Source: an uncultured Candidatus Saccharibacteria bacterium
GTDB lineage: Bacteria; Patescibacteriota; Minisyncoccia; UBA6257; WO2-44-18
Direction of reading: 5' to 3'
Assembly (NCBI GenBank): GCA_964360605.1
Contig: CAYHXN010000001.1
Coordinates: 15,494 to 79,387 of the forward strand
Length of the DNA: 63,894 nucleotides
The notes under the pieces are model-generated. The model was not told the origin of the DNA and did not search any database. It worked only from the letters and a program-made list of their open reading frames with translations. The translations under genes and the position numbers were made by a program. Below are positions 61,364 through 63,894 of this stretch, piece by piece. Each line of letters starts with the position of its first letter. Position 1 is the stretch's first letter.

Positions 61364-63275
61364 ATGCAATTGAAAGTTTTTATTTTCGCTTCGGCGATTT
61401 TAGTAGGACTATTGTACGTTCTGCCGCAATTAGTCGTAGCTAAACATCTTTCTAACGAAGGACGCTATTTTGCCCTAAATTTTGAAGTTTATCGCGACGA
61501 ATTATTTTACCTAACAAGAGCTCGGGAAGTTTATGACGGTCACTTTCCTCCTTTAGACCCATATTTTGATGAACAAAATCCCAATATCCAAAACCCCCTA
61601 CCTTCGGGCATTTTAGCCGTACTTTTCACTGTCTTCGGCGGTGATCCTGTCAGAACTTTTTTAACAGCCGAGTTCATATTCTCGGGAATTATTTTCTTGC
61701 TCCTTTACATACTCGGCAAACAACTTTTCCAATCGCCGCTGTGGGCAATTTCTTTCGCGTATATAACAATTTTAACGCCAATGGCGCTTCGCATCCTTAA
61801 CTTCCATGGGGCCTAGTTTTTCAGAAATATTTACTGATTTTAACAGCGACGGCTGGGCCGTTTCCTTACGGGAATTTTTCGGCTACTTCGTCAAACAATT
61901 TCTGCCTTTCGTGAACACTCAAATTGAAAAACTGTATTTCGCGCGCTTGGATTATCCGCTGATCGTTTTTCCATTTTATCTTTTAGCAATTATTTCATTG
62001 GTGATCTTCTGGAAAAAACCGTCGGTCAAAACCGCTGTAATTGCCGGTGCGACGGCTGGGTTTTTGTTTTACAGTTATTTTCATTTTTGGGTTTATTGGT
62101 CCGTAGTTATAGTATTGTTGTTTATCTACGCGGTAATTAAAAAACAGAGTGATGAAATTAGGTTTAAGCACTTTTTAATCTTATTAGCAGTTTTTTCAGT
62201 GATTGCGGTGCCGTATTTCATAAATTATTTCCAGTTTCAGAATTCTGGAACCGAAGACATGGTTCTTCGTTTAGGTATTGCCCAAGGATATGTTCCCGGC
62301 TTAGCTACGCTTGGCTATGCCTATCTAACTTATGGAGTATTAGCAATCGTAATCTATTCTTTGTATTGGAAAAAACGGCTTGAAAATCCAGATTATGGCC
62401 GACAGGCGATTCTCTTCTGGGCATTGCTTGCGGCAATGGTTGTTATCTGGAATATCCAAATAATCCTAGGCTACGTTCCCGCTCCCAATAACTGGCGGCG
62501 CACTATTAGCCCGATAATGTTCGTTCTGCTCTGGAGTTTCCTTTTTGAATTATACTCCCGAGGTATTCTGCGTTGGCAAAAAATCAAAACTGTCGCGGCT
62601 TGTCTATTAGTTACCGCGACCATCTTGGTTATTGCCAAAAAAATTGTCAATGTGGCGGTAATCGCCCGCCAGCCAGATCCGCGTATTGTAGAAGGACAGA
62701 CTCTGCCGAAAGAAATTTTGGATTCCTGGCGTTGGATTAATGAAAATCTTGAACCGGAGCCGAAAATTATGACAAATTCGTTTATATCGTCGCTGTACTT
62801 AGGATCACACACTGGCGCCCGCCCATACTTACCAATTGGCATCCTTACGCCAATGCCCACGGAAGTTCTAGAAAACCGCTTTTTAATTGCTCATCGCTTA
62901 TTAGAAACTCCGGTGAATCAACTCGCTCAAATCCTTCACAATACCGCTTCTGCCGATTGCCAAAAGGTTTCTTGTATTACCAACACCGAAGACAATCTTA
63001 ATAAAAATGTTTGGCATCTATATGGACACTATTTCCGTAGCCAAGGAGATATTAATAGCTATCTCAACCGTCCGCTGACTATTACCGAAACTGATATTTT
63101 AGACTTAGTGGAGCGGTATAGAAAAACCGCCGCTAACTGGAAAGACGTTGATGCTGACTATTTGTATTTTGGCCCCTGGGAACAGCAATTAAATGGCGGC
63201 AAGAATACCGTTAGTAATAATCTTCAGCCGATCTACAATAACAAGCTAGTTAAAATTTATCGCGTCAACCATTAA
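61364..63275 (+). pseudogene. Third paralog of the GT-C-like membrane protein family, interrupted by a frameshift at a G4 run
   Basis: ORFs 61352..61816 and 61806..63275 together match the full length of paralogs A and B: REVYDGHFPPLDPYFDE in the first, and FLPFVNT, ARLDYPL, FYSYFHFWVYW, VIWNIQIILGYVP and YLYFGPWEQQ in the second. Removing one G from GGGG at 61808..61811 fuses them (…NFHG-PSFSEIF…). Confidence 0.6.
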
Positions 63276-63894
63276 ATACTTGGCCTCCGAAAAAAATATA
63301 AATCAGAGTAGGTTTTAGCTATTTTTTCCCAAGACATTTCTTTAGCCAAAATTAACGATTCTTTAGAAAAGGAATTCCGTAAATCCACGTCGGATAAAAT
63401 TTTTTCTGCGGCCTGAGCGGCGCTTTGAATATCGGTAGGATCAACTAAAATCCCGTTTTTGCCGTCCCGGACCGCATCTTCGGCACTGGTATCTTTCGCT
63501 CCGACTACCGGCAATCCCGCGGCGGCGGCTTCCAGAAAAACCAACCCGAAGCCTTCAATATCTTTATTAATATCCTGAGGAAGTAAGACGAAAAGTTCCG
63601 CGTTTTTATAAACCGAGATTAATTCTTCCTCTGTTAAATTTTCCAAAAATATCACTCGGTTCTCTAATTTTAAATTTTTAATTTTAAATTTTAAATTTTG
63701 GTGCTCTGGCCCCTTCCCCACAATCACATACTTTAAGTCGCTTAATTCCTTATTTCCTGATTCCCTAATTCCTTTTAACAATTCCGCAAATGCCGCAATA
63801 GAATATTCAAACCCCTTGCGTTTCTTTAAAGCACCGACGCTTAAAATATATGGCTTCTGAATTTTTAATTTTAAATTTTTAATTTTAAATTTAT
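63272..63894 (-). CDS. GT4 (GT-B) glycosyltransferase, C-terminal part; 5' end beyond the window
   Basis: GFGLVFLEAAAAGLPVVGAKDTSAEDAVRDGKNGILV (the EX7E region). The track's start at 63781 is an internal TTG. Hand translation stays open to 63894 (...KPYILSVGALKKRKGFEYSIAAFAEL...). Confidence 0.8.
   Translation of the reverse strand, partial: KFKIKNLKLKIQKPYILSVGALKKRKGFEYSIAAFAELLKGIRESGNKELSDLKYVIVGKGPEHQNLKFKIKNLKLENRVIFLENLTEEELISVYKNAELFVLLPQDINKDIEGFGLVFLEAAAAGLPVVGAKDTSAEDAVRDGKNGILVDPTDIQSAAQAAEKILSDVDLRNSFSKESLILAKEMSWEKIAKTYSDLYFFRRPSI
63665..63691. repeat. 27-nt perfect direct repeat, copy 1 (inside the GT4 gene)
   Basis: TAATTTTAAATTTTTAATTTTAAATTT, identical to 63866..63892. 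It encodes KFKIKNLKL on the minus strand. Confidence 0.9.
63866..63892. repeat. 27-nt perfect direct repeat, copy 2 (inside the GT4 gene)
   Basis: Identical to 63665..63691. The offset is 201 nt (67 codons), so both copies are read in the same frame. Confidence 0.9.

Noticed and set aside
61352-63275. Programmed ribosomal frameshifting, or homopolymer phase variation, as the explanation for the split GT-C-like gene.
   Set aside because: The run is only four G residues. There is no recognisable slippery heptamer plus downstream structure. A simple indel, real or from assembly, is more parsimonious, and it is kept as a finding to be checked against reads.
63272-63781. Treating 63781 as the start of a complete 169-aa glycosyltransferase.
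   Set aside because: The codon at 63779..63781 is an internal TTG. The frame stays open to the window edge and continues with typical GT4 sequence (PYILSVGALKKRKGFEYSI), so the gene is 5'-truncated by the window.
1-63894. Possibility of an alternative genetic code (UGA as Gly or Trp, as in some candidate phyla).
   Set aside because: Long family-recognisable ORFs are uninterrupted under the standard code. TGA also serves as a stop at a sensible gene end: the DltA-like gene stops at 18329..18331, right before the carrier protein gene. The one in-frame TGA I noticed (5759..5761, the third codon of the neuB remnant) sits in a truncated fragment.

Overview
This is a gene-dense bacterial window with about 60 CDS, roughly five of six on the minus strand, many with short gaps or overlapping stop/start codons. 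The ORF map is contiguous under the standard code, and TGA and TAG are used as stops. I saw no rRNA, tRNA, CRISPR array, transposase or integrase. Almost all of the 64 kb reads as one cell-envelope glycan biosynthesis supercluster. It has the flavour of an uncultivated small-genome bacterium (CPR/Patescibacteria-like), but that is inference only.

Modules recognised from the translated ORFs:
- **Nonulosonic acid sets.** Set 1 is NeuB1/NeuA1/NeuC. Set 2 is NeuB2/NeuA2 plus a KdsC-like phosphatase.
- **GDP-sugar branch.** Gmd plus an Fcl-like reductase.
- **Possible heptose entry.** An FSA/transaldolase plus a GmhA-like SIS isomerase, and a separate sugar-activation block (GHMP kinase, HIT/GalT-like transferase, IMPase-like and histidine phosphatases, P-loop kinase, GalU-like nucleotidyltransferase).
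- **UDP-sugar branch.** A 6-dehydrogenase, a Gfo/Idh/MocA oxidoreductase and an epimerase.
- **Polymerase-like genes.** Four paralogous TagB/TagF-like GT-B proteins.
- **Lipid-linked transfer.** Two polyprenyl-phosphate-sugar-synthase type GT2 enzymes, three paralogous ~620-640 aa polytopic membrane proteins (GT-C-like, one frameshifted) and a YfhO-like protein.
- **Methylation and formylation.** At least six methyltransferase candidates, including two membrane-anchored paralogs, an FkbM type, a C-methyltransferase type and a B12-radical SAM enzyme. There is also a glyA-folD-formyltransferase unit.

Five observations stand out:
1. A dlt-like carrier-protein module (AcpS, DltA-like, DltC-like, two-domain GNAT/Fem-like) with no DltB or DltD in the window.
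2. A B12-radical SAM gene flanked by three Nudix modules, one with a degenerate Nudix box.
3. Twin perfect palindromes that share a 24-nt core and bracket an ArsR-type regulator.
4. A neuB 5' remnant that marks insertion of an oxidoreductase cassette.
5. Several short repeat arrays at gene junctions.

All functional calls come from motif reading by eye. No database search was run.
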